DNA of 43,694 nucleotides from Choristocarpus tenellus KU-1152 (taxonomy: Eukaryota > Protista > Phaeophyceae), in NCBI GenBank assembly GCA_964200185.2, contig CAXNAD020000027.1, positions 1 through 43,694 of the forward strand, in the 5' to 3' direction. The stretch's first letter is position 1. Each line of letters opens with the position of its first letter. Made by a program: the position numbers and the translations under genes. Of the stretch, positions 25,501 to 37,500 are shown in pieces. The notes beneath the pieces were generated by a model. That model ran no database searches. It had not been told where the DNA came from and worked only from the letters and a program-made list of their open reading frames with translations.

Positions 25501-28500
25501 GAATTCAGTATTGCTTTAGAGTATTCATAGTATTTCATATTTTGAGCATGGAGCTAGATAAGTAGAAATTATTGTCCAGGTTCATAGCACATCGAATACA
25601 TATCAAGGATGTTCCTACATGTTGCTGAAATCCAGGTCCACCTGTTGAAGCTCTTTGATAATGTCAAGACATTGACCTTTGGGCGGGGCAACAAGCAAGT
25701 GGTTGGCATGGGATCTAGCGAAGGTGAAAAATTTTCTTTGAGAGAGTTTGTGCCCATTGAGGGACCAGTGGAAAACTGGATGACAAGTGTTGAAGGTGAG
25801 ATGGGTAGCTCTCTTCGTGCCATCACCAAAGAAGGGGTGTACAACTATGCGCAGGAAGAGCGTCAAACATGGATAACCACTGTTATTGGCATGGTGTCAC
25901 TTGTTGGAAGCCAGATTTGGTGGACATGGGAGGTGAGAGTGTTACACATGCAGCGTGGGATTCTCGATATTTATCATATCCTGTATACATAATATACTAA
26001 ACAACAACATTGGAAGCACATAGCTTGAGCAGTGAGCAGTATGTCTTCTCCAAGTCACAAATAGTTGAGGTCATCAAGCAACAATAGATATCCTTTTGTT
26101 TCATTTGTCATTTCTTTTGCCATTACACCTGTAACAGGATACACTTTATTTTCTTAAATCCTGTACTGAACTGTTGGTATGTGTCTTTGCTATCAACTAG
26201 CCCATACAATGCACACACAACCATTCCTCAGATTTCTGGCCAATCAGTGTGACCGGCTGCCCTCTATGTATAAGTCATTGATGCACTTGTGTCATCTTGC
26301 TACACATAACTGTCTCTAGGTTGAGGATGTCTTCCAACTTGTCGCTGGTGGTAACAAGTATGCCATGAAGAACCTTGCCATCAAGCTGACATCTCAGCTA
26401 AATGACCTTGTGGCACTTGTGCGTGAGGAGCTGACCAGCCATGCTCGCAAAAAGGTCAACACGTTGCTCATCATTGATGTGCATGCTCGAGACATTGTGG
26501 ATGGCTTTGTGAGAGAATCCATTCTGAATGCAAAGGAGTTTGCATGGGAGAGCCAGCTGAGGTTTTATTGGGATCGTGACATTGACGATTGTATTATTCG
26601 TCAGTGTACTGGGAAATTCAGCTATGGGTATGAGTACATGGGGATGAACGGACGTCTTGTGATCACTCCACTCACCGACCGCTGCTACATGACCCTCACT
26701 CAAGCCCTTACCTTCAAGCTTGGTGGAGCCCCAGCTGGCCCAGCTGGTACCGGAAAAACTGAAACCACAAAAGACCTTGCCAAGTCTCTTGCACTTCCCT
26801 GCTTTGTAATCAACTGTGGGGAAGGTCTGGACTACAAGGTGAAGTTAACAAAGCATTGCAATGCTTGACACATACATTGCTCTGGAGCTAGCAGGGTTTG
26901 ATGTCATCAATAGTTGATTTGCATGAAGTTGCGCGCACTTGATATGAGATTCTCATACTTGGATTAAACATAATAAACCAATCGTTTCTTGATTCGTATA
27001 TGTAAAGTCTTAGTTGTAATTGTAACATACCTTATATGTCCTGCATATTCTATCCCTGTTGACATTTTGCAACTGTTGTCATGGGGGAGAAGTAAATGAT
27101 ACACATGAGAATTCAATGAACACAACAATAGGGTCTCTATTGACTACAACAAAACACATTCCTTTACAAACTAGAGAACAGTAGTTGAGTATTTATATAT
27201 ATTTCAAAGCAAGAAGCAGACATGTTACTATCATGTCATATATTTCGTCTGACCAGGGCTGATCCAGTTATTGACAAAATTATTGTACTATTTCAAAGAG
27301 TTTTTCCCTACCAAATACATATCCTCAATTTTTCTGTCCCTGGATTCTTCTCAACTTGAGACAGGTGACTCCTGTCTACTCTTCCGGGTCTTGATCAGGT
27401 TTTTCAGACAGTTCAAACACTAGCACTGACTTGTTTTGTTGTGCGTGTCCGCACATTCGTTCCCTTAGGCTATGGGGTCCATATTTGCCGGGCTTGTTCA
27501 AGCTGGAGCCTGGGGCTGCTTTGATGAATTCAATCGGATCAATATTGAAGTGTTATCTGTTGTGTCGGCCCAACTGAAAGCTATACAGAACTCTCTTGTG
27601 AGCGGCAAGCCTACTGTGGACATTGGTGTGGGAGGCGAGATCAGGATTAAACGAGTAGCTGGTTTTGCTACCTGTGGAGTTTTCATCACAATGAATCCTG
27701 GGTATGCAGGGCGGACAGAACTGCCAGACAACCTCAAGGCACTTTTTCGACCTGTGACCATGATTGTACCAGATCTGCTGCAGATCTGTGAAATCATGCT
27801 CTTCTCGGAAGGGTTTGAAGGAGCCAAGGTATTCAAATTACTATGCCCTACAGTAGATTGTGTGTAGCACAAGTATTTCACCTTGATGTTAAGAAAGCAT
27901 TTCAGATGATTTGACAAGCACAATCCTGAACATTGTCTTACTAGATTCTGCAGTTGACATAGTTCAAGACGAATTAAACTAATATTGGAACATCGCTTCT
28001 TGCTTTGCTCACTCTCCCACTCCCTCAGGTATTGGCAAAGAAAATGACGGTGCTCTACAAGCTGTCCAAGGAACAGTTGTCCAAACAGTTTCACTATGAT
28101 TTTGGTCTTCGTGCACTTAAGTCTGTGCTGGTCATGGCAGGTGGACTCAAACGCCAATATGCGGAAATGCCTGAAGACTTGGTCCTGATGCGGGCCCTTC
28201 GAGACAGCAACATGCCAAAGTTTGTCTTTGAGGATGTTCCTCTGTTTAAGGGTCTCATCAATGATCTCTTCCCAGGCATGGATTGTCCACGGGTAGGCTA
28301 TGAAGATTTGAAACTGGAAGTTGCAAAGGAGCTGGAAGCTGGGGGCTATCGTTGCCATGATGACCTGGTATTCAACGACCAAGTGAGTATAATGTGAACT
28401 TCACACAGTATAGAATAAATATCCAGCAGATTCCTACCTTCTATGCCCAGATTCTGTCTCATTGTGATTGGGGTATACAAGGAAAGTGTTTTGAAAGGTG

Positions 28501-31500
28501 ATGGGCTTAGAAAGCACACCAGTTTTTCCTCAAACTGTTTATGATAAATTTTTCAAGGATCACTATTTCAGAGTCACCACCAAGTATTCATTGATGGCAG
28601 CTTCACCGATGGTGGCACCACAAGTAATGATCCACCTTGTGAAAAAAATCATGTTTGGTGGAGAAGCAATTGTCTCTTTGAGGCAGCACCAGCACCCTTT
28701 GTATACCTTGCATGCCCAAAGTTATTGAATTTGTGACAACAGGTTGCCTCCATCACCCACCAGATGAAAGGAGTTTTCTATTGACAGTTTCCTGAAGTTC
28801 TTGCCATTCTATTGACCGAGAGGTGACACTTACACATGATTAGGTGCACTGTGAGATTTTGTGGCTGAAGGTGTTTTTCTTCCTGTATTTTTCCTTGATT
28901 TTTTCTTCATGCCCTGCAAAACACTGGGCATTTTGACTTCCTCCCAATGATTGTTCAGTTGCAGATTTAAATGGAAGTATCTGGAGTCAGCACGCTGTGA
29001 TGTATATAAGAAACATACATTTTAATCTCCAAGAAATGTGCCTTCCTTCTCCTTACCCCTCAACCCTTCTAGGTAGACAAGTGCATCCAAATGTATGAGA
29101 CACAAATTGTTCGTCACACCACAATGATTGTGGGCCCTACTGGTGGAGGCAAGTCTCTGATCTTAGAGACATTGAAGAATGCCCGTCTCCCAGCTGAAGG
29201 AGTTATTGTCAAGATGTATGTTCTAAATGCCAAGAAGCAGCCATTGAATGAACTGTATGGTGTCATGGATCCTGTCACACGTGACTGGACTGATGGTATA
29301 CTGTCAAAACTCTTCAGGGAGCTGAATGAGCCCCTGCCATCTGGGAGGGAAAACGAGTTGAGGTTGATAGTGTTTGATGGTGATGTTGATGCAGTGTGGG
29401 TAGAGAATATGAACTCTGTCATGGATGATAACAAGTTGCTGACACTTCCAAATGGGGAGCGCATACGTTTGCAGCCTCACTGTGCCTTGGTGTGTGAGAC
29501 TTTTGATCTGCAGTATGCTTCACCTGCCACCATCAGCCGCTGTGGTATGGTTTGGGTGGATCCTAAGAATCTTGGCTATGCCCCATACTATGAGAGGTGG
29601 GTTCGGTTGCGGTGCGGAGATGGAGTGACAATCAGTGAAGATAGGCGTGCCTATGCTGACCTTCTTCTTTTGCTGTTTGAAAAGTACGTTGGACCATGTG
29701 TGGACTACGTACTCTCTGGATTGATTGATGGCCAACAGGTGGAAAAGCTGCGGCAGGTTATCCCCATCACCAATCTTGACCTTGTGAAGCAGCTTTGCTC
29801 CAGCTTGGAAGCCTTCTTGGGAACAAATGCTGTGGAAGATAGTACTGATGTTGAGGGTATATACATGTTCTGCATTGTGTGGTCCATAGGTGCAGCCCTG
29901 GTCAAGGATAGCAGGGATCGATTTGACGCCTTTGTTAAGAAGATGTCTGGTGAAGCTACACCCAATGATAGCTTGTATTGTCACTTCTACAGTGCAGATA
30001 GTCACAAGTGGGAGAAATGGCAAAGCCGTGTACCTGAGTATTGTCAACCTGATCCTTTTCATTTCTATGAAATCATGGTGCCTACAACGGATTCTGTCCT
30101 CTACACTCACCTCTTGGAGACTCTGGCACCACAAAAGCCTCTCCTCCTGGTGGGTGAGTCTGGAACAGCCAAGACTGTTACAATTCAGAAGTACATGGCA
30201 GGACTTGCAGCTGAGACAACTGCCCGGTTGGTGATAAATTTTAGCAGTCGGACAACAGCAAAAAATGTCCAAGCCAATATTGAGGGTAGTATTGATAAGC
30301 GCGCTGGGTCTACATATGGGCCGCCATCTGGGAAAACTTTGGTGGTATTTGTGGATGACATGAACATGCCCAAAGTTGACACGTACGGCACACAGCAACC
30401 CATTGCTTTGCTCTTGTTTCTAATGAGCAAGGGGTCGCTGTATGACCGGGGAAAAGATCTCAACCTGAAGTATATCAAAGACCTCAGCTACATTGCTGCA
30501 ATGGGCCCTCCCGGTGGGGGACGCAACAATGTTGACCCCCGATTTGTAGCGCTCTTCAATGTCTACAATCTCATTGAGCCTAGTGAGTCTGTGCTCAGCC
30601 TCATTTATACCTCTATCATAACTCAGAAACTTGTCAATTTTTCAGAGCCGGTGAAGGAGGTTGGAGCAAAGATTACTGATGCTACTTTAAAACTGTATCA
30701 GATCATTGTGGAGCGGTTACCACCTACACCATCCAAGTTTCATTACATATTCAACCTCCGTGACCTCTCACGGGTGTATGAGGGCATATGTCTGGCCACT
30801 GAAGACACTTTTAACACCTCCAAGTCACTGGTACGACTGTGGCGTAATGAATGCCTTCGTGTTTTTGGTGATCGTCTCTTTGAAGAGGACATGGTAATGC
30901 TTAACAGTGAGATTGAGTCCACCATAAATACAGCATGGCCAGCTTGTGCTGATCATGCAACGAGTAATCCCCTCCTGTTGGGAGACTATGCAGAAGCTAT
31001 CCAACGACTTGTGGATGATGGAGAGGATCCACAGTTGTACCAAGATCTGGGAGACTATGAACGCACAAGGAAAATTTTTGATGAGGTGTTGGAAAACTAC
31101 AACTTGGATCACAAGCCAATGAACCTGGTATTGTTTGAGTCAGCACTAGACCATTTAACCCGCATATATCGAATCATTCGAATGCCGCGGGGAAATGCCA
31201 TGCTTGTTGGTGTTGGTGGATCTGGGAAAAAATCTCTGACCCAGCTGGCTGCCTATTGTGCTGGGTATAAGGTGTTTTCTATCTCACTGGTGCGCAACTA
31301 TGGGGAGCTTGAGTTCCGGGATGATCTCAAGGAGCTCTACAAGTTGCTTGGAGTAGGACCTGTTGTGTTCTTGTTTACTGATGCACATGTTGTGGAAGAG
31401 GGCTTCCTTGAGTTCATCAATAACATGCTTACCACAGGCATGGTTCCTGCTTTGTTTGAGAAGGACGAGACTGACCAGTGTATCAACTCTGTGAGGAAAG

Positions 31501-34500
31501 AAGTGAAAGCTGCTGGACTCATCGACACCCCTGACACTTGTTGGAACTACTTTGTGAACAAATGCCGTAACAATCTGCATGTGGTGCTGGCCATGAGCCC
31601 TTCTGGTGACAAGCTTCGTATTCGCTGTCGGAGTTTCCCTGGTCTAGTCTCTGCAAGTGTTATTGATTGGTTCCAGCCATGGCCATCAGATGCCCTGCAG
31701 AAGGTGGCTGAGTATTTCTTGCAGGATGAGCAACTACCTGACAACCTCCGAGACACTATTATTGGGCATCTGGTGTTCACTCACCAGACTGTGGTGGAAT
31801 TCTCTCAACGATTTGCAGAAGAGATGCGGAGGTACTACTATGTTACTCCTGCAAACTACCTTGACTATATTGCCAACTATCGTACAGAGCTCAAAGGAAA
31901 TAACCGGACAATTGAAGGCAGTGTCAAGCGCCTTGAGGGTGGACTCACAAAATTGATTGAAGCAGCTGATGCTGTTGATCAGATGCAGATTGAGCTAAGT
32001 GAGAAGAAAATTGTGGTGGATGAGAAAACCAAAAATGTTGAGGCCATGATCACAGAGATACAGGCTAAGAGTGAGGTTGCCAACAAACAGCAAGCTGATG
32101 CAAGCGTCAAGCAGCAAAATGTGCAGGAACAGAGTGTAGTCATCTCCAAGGAGAAAGCTCTGGCGGATGAAGCTTTGATGGAGGCACTACCAATTGTGGA
32201 AGCGGCAGCTGCTGCACTTGAGAATCTAGACAAGAAAGACTTGGATGAAATAAAGGCCTTCACAAACCCCCCACAGCTTGTCAAGGATGTTTCCATGCAG
32301 GTGGGTCTAGTAGCAGTCCTGAATTTGAGTGTGTCATACGTTTATAGTATGGCCCTTTTGAGATAGAGCACAAGGCAACTTAAATTTATGGACAGTAAAG
32401 TTGAGGAGGTGCATGACAATCTATGCCTTGAAGGAAGACTGCTCAGCTATGCCCCCTCCCATTAAGTTTTGATCGTAACAACATAATTTGAAGCAGATAT
32501 ACATCACCCAAACCTGTGTGTTACTGTAAGCCCCATATGCCTGGAAGCTGGAGTCCTAACTAATAGATAGACTGTTCAATTGCACTTTGAAATACACAAA
32601 TGCCGACAATACAGTTGACCAAGTTTTTTTTTGTACTTTGAATCCTTTGCACACTGAGGGTGTCATGTCACTCTTATTGTGTACACCCACCTTGTCACAC
32701 TGTGCTATAGGAAGCCTTAGAATCTTCTTTTGTGTAGGCTGATCAAGCCAAGATAACTCAAGGTTCTTTCACATAGAATTGCTTTCAAGCTTTTTTCAAT
32801 CAATACTAAAAAAGGCTTTTTATTCCCTTTGCACACATTATTGACTGGATTTTGACTCAATGCGTACATCACCTTACACACACTGTGATATGCGGTACTA
32901 AACCAAGTAATATATACTTGGGGCACATGTTTTAATACATTTAAATTAAAGGCAACCTTTGTTGCCTTTTGACATAGCAAGCCTTTTTCTAGACCAAAAT
33001 GTTGCGGTAAAACTTTTTTTTGTGTGAAAGAAATGGATACAGAAAGTGCTCTATCCAAGTCAAAGTATCTTAGAGGGTAGAGCCGCGTCTATATGGGGGC
33101 TGAAATCCAATGTTGCAATTTTGATGTAATTTTGGCTATCGTGTCTGTTAGCAAGTGTCAATATCCTTATTCTGGACACACCTTTTCAAAATATATACGT
33201 TGTACCTACTCAGAAACATTTTGGAGTAGGTAAAATGCCATTAATAACCTGTGGGAAGCCAAGGCCCAAATGGACAAACAGGGAAAAATTCGTACCCTCT
33301 AAGATACTTTCACTCATCCCACTAGCATTTATTTGGCTGTAGTGATTTAAAGTTGTTCTGTTCTTCATGATAAATCATGTAATAATAATGTAAGGGCCTC
33401 TTACATTGGACATTGGACCGGGTTGCTGTGACCAGGCCGGGCTGCTGGTTGGTTTGTAAAAAGCAATTTCTTACACGGCCTAACCACGGGCTTCAAGGGT
33501 ATTTCAGGTCAGGTTCGCAGGCTCACATGGTAGCATGTGTTTCAACAAGGCTAGGTTAAGACTTTCAGAGATTTTTTGACCAGGCTGGTAGCAGGCCGAC
33601 GAGCATCCCAGTTCGAAAATATCACACCTTGGGAAGCATACTCCTCAATGCTAGCATTGCCCTATAACATTTCACCATAATCGTCCTTGAATGTTACAGG
33701 TTAGACAATCATAGGTTGCTGTTTACCTACACCAACTTGAAGAATTTCCAATTCAACTGAGCAAAAAACAATGGCAAAAAAAATGGGTAAATGTTTTTTC
33801 TGAAAAAAAACAAACTAAATGGCAAAATGATCTTGCATAATGAAGCAGCTCAAGATAGCCAGTTCTCCCTACTTAGTTGCTGGGCTACCCTTTTTGTTGC
33901 TGAGGAAGCAACAGGAGTGCGAGGTCACAGGTCCACAATGTACCCTTGCTTCCAGGACTAGTTTGAAAAACTGGTCATTAGATAGACTGTTGATCAATTT
34001 GGTCTCACATCTCGTAGTGGCATAGTTCTGTATCTTGCTTTGGTCTCCTTTCCCATGCACCGGCAGAGGTGATCAGCCTCCCACGCGAGGTCAGGCACAG
34101 AAAACAGGAAATCCTATCTGTGGGCTACCTGATGACTGGCAGACATATCACCGCACCTATTTGGTAGTTTTTGAGCCTTTGGTCAATTTGATGAGGCCAG
34201 GAGGTTGCCAGTGGTAGACAAGCGTGTTGTCCTGCACCCAGTCTGGATCACCATGTGACAGATATTTGATCATGGACAAAATTAGCATACTAATTATAAT
34301 ATGCTAGTACTAGTAGTTCTTGACAATTCCCGCCTTTCTTGTAGCCACTTCCTCCTAATCTTCTCCCATACCATGACCAATCTCTCAACCCAACTCTAGC
34401 CTCACTCACATTGGATTAAATCTCACTTGTACCTAAGATAAGGACAATTCTCAACAGGACAACTCCTAACTAACTCATCCTCAAACTTCTCCAACCAGTG

Positions 34501-37500
34501 CTGTGTACTCCGGCCAGGTGGAGAAAAGTATGAGGAAACTTGGGCTGACGCAAAAAAGATGCTCTCTAATTCGAAGCTGCTTGATAACCTCAAAAACTAC
34601 CCAAAAGACAGCATCACAGAAAAAATGATCAAGGCTGTAAAGAGGTATTTTAAAAACCCCAATCTCACTGTTGATAATATGAAAAGTGTGAGCAAGGCTG
34701 GACTGGGTCTACTATCATGGGTTGCAGCTATTACCAAGTACTACGACATTGCCAAGAATGTTGAGCCGTTGCGCCTCAAAGTTCGTGACATGGAGAAGGC
34801 TCAGCAGCAGGCCACTAAGGAACTTGCAGAACTGATGGACCTACTTTCCAAGCTAAACAGTGAGATCTCTGAACTCAACATGAATTATGAGACAGCCAAT
34901 GGTGAGCTTTCACAACTTCAGCTGCAGGCGTCTCTGATGGAAAAACGTCTAACAGCTGCATCAAAGCTCATCACAGGACTCACTGGGGAACGAACACGTT
35001 GGACAGTGGATATTGGTGACCTACAACAGCAACAGACACGCCTAGTTGGTGACTGTCTTTTAGCCTCTTCTTTCTTGTCATACCTGGGTGCCTTCACCAC
35101 AGAGTATCGAGCTGACCTTGTGTATGGACGTTTTTTTGAGGATCTGGTTATGAGGCAGGTACCTGTCATGCAGCCTTTCCACCTTGAGGACCTTCTCACA
35201 ACTGATGCCACTGTGCAGGGTTGGGTGGCAAAAGGACTTCCTGCTGATGAGCACAGCGTGCAGAATGGAATCCTAACTACAAAGGCCTCCAGATTCCCAC
35301 TTTGTGTTGATCCCCAGCAGCAGGCGGTTTCATGGATCAAAAATACTTACGAAGGGAGCAATCTCACTGTGAAGTCTCTTAATGAGCCTGATTTCATGAA
35401 GCACCTGGAGCTTGCCATCCAATTTGGCAATCCATTCCTCTTTGAAAATATAGATGAAGAACTAGACCCCATGCTAGATCCAGTTCTAGAAAAAAACGTT
35501 GTGCAAGATGGTCCGTCAAAAACAATCAAACTTGGTGACAAGGTGGTTGACTGGGATGACGGCTTTCGCCTGTTTTTTACTACAAAACTTGCAAATCCCA
35601 ACTACAGTCCTGAGGTCATGGGAAAAACAATGCTAATCAACTATGGTGTCACTATGGATGGACTGGCAAACCAGCTATTGAATGTTGTAGTGGCTCATGA
35701 GAGGCAGGACCTGGAGGAGAGCTATGCTGTCCTTGTTCATGACATGAGTGAAAATGCTCAGCTCATTGTGCAATTGGAGGATACTCTCCTCAAGGAGCTT
35801 AGCAACAGCCAGGGTAATATTCTAGACAATCAGGAGCTGATTCAGACTCTTGAGAACACCAAGACCAAAGCAGAAGAGATCAAAGTGGAACTGGAGAAAG
35901 CTGCATTTACAAAGGAGGAGATTGGTGATGCTCGTGCAGTGTACAAGCCTGTAGCCAAGCGAGGTTCAATCTTATACTTTGCTGAGGCTGGCCTTGCAGC
36001 TATCATGAGCATGTACGAGATTAGCCTGGATTCTTTTCTAGGGGTCTTCAGTGCGGCACTGGATGCAGCCAAGAGAGATGTTGTTCTGGACAGTCGCATT
36101 AACAATATGGTCAACTCTGTTACCCGCAACATCTACGACTACACTTGTACTGGAATATTTGAACGCCACAAACTCATGTTCTCCTTCCAGATGACATGCA
36201 TGATTCTTGATGGTGATGGCAATCTTAGCCAACCTGAACTTGACTTCTTCTTGAAAGGAGATGTATCCCTTGATGGTGCAACCAAGACCAATTCTGCACC
36301 ATGGCTGAGTGACCAGGGATGGAAAGACCTGTTGTGCCTAGCATCAATGGGTGATGTGTATAGAGATTTGGTGGATCACTTTGGAAACAACACAGATTCA
36401 TGGCAAGACTGGCAAAACTGTGAAGCTCCAGAGGATGTTGGATTCCCAGGAAATTTCAATGAGCAACTGCAGCCCTTGCAAAAATTATGTGTCACACGAT
36501 GCTTCCGTCCAGACAGAGTATACAATGCGGTCAAGATCATGGTAATGGAGACCATGGGTGATACCTTCGTTCAGCCACCTGTTCTGGATTACAACAGAAT
36601 ATTCTACCAGTCAAGCCCAAGCATGCCTATGGTGTTCATTTTATCTCCTGGTGCAGATCCACAGTCAGATATTCAATCGCTCGGGGATGAGCTGGGTTTC
36701 ACAGGAAACAAATTCAAGTTTATTTCGCTTGGCCAAGGACAGGGACCCCTTGCAGAGTTAATGATGGAGCAGGGTTATCAAAAGGGTCACTGGGTTCTCT
36801 TACAGAATTGCCACCTCTTGGCCTCTTGGCTGAAGAATCTGGAGAAATCCTTAGAGTTGATGAAGTCTCCCCATAAGGATTTCCGTCTGTGGCTCACCAC
36901 AGAGCCCACTGACAAGTTTCCGCTTGGAATTTTGCAGCGTTCGCTCAAGGTTGTAACTGAACCGCCAGATGGGCTTAAGCTTAACATGCGTTCAACCTAT
37001 AGCAAGATTGACCAGAGTATTATTGACGAATGTCCACACTGGGCATTCCGACCCTGCCTGTATGTCCTTGCCTTTCTTCACGCTGTGGTGCTGGAAAGAC
37101 GAAAGTATGGCAAAATAGGTTGGAATGTCAAGTATGACTTCAACGAATCAGATCTTCTTATAAGCCGTAGACTTCTCTCTTTGTATCTTGCAAAGGCCTT
37201 TGAAGATGGTGATGAATTTCTGCCTTGGGGCTCACTGAAATATCTCATCGGGGATGCAATGTATGGGGGTCGAGTTTCAGATGATATGGACAGGCGGGTT
37301 CTGGTGACGTATCTCCAAGAGTATATGGGTGACTTCCTGTTTGATGATTGCCAGAAGTTTTTCTTTTCTCGAGCTGGATATGATTATGAGCTACCTGAAT
37401 GGGGTCCAATGGAGAACTACATGGGAATGATTGAAAACTTGCCTCTCATCAACTCTCCAGCAGTTTTTGGGCTTCACCCTAATGCAGAAATTGGATACTA

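Noticed and set aside
30150-30180. Degenerate Walker A in AAA3 (GESGTAKT)
   Set aside because: A non-glycine residue before K at this P-loop is, as I recall, normal for the DNAH10/I1-alpha subfamily. It supports the assignment and is not novel.
27498-30398. Long minus-strand ORFs (294 aa at 27498-28382, 292 aa at 29520-30398)
   Set aside because: Antisense shadows of dynein exons with no recognisable motifs.
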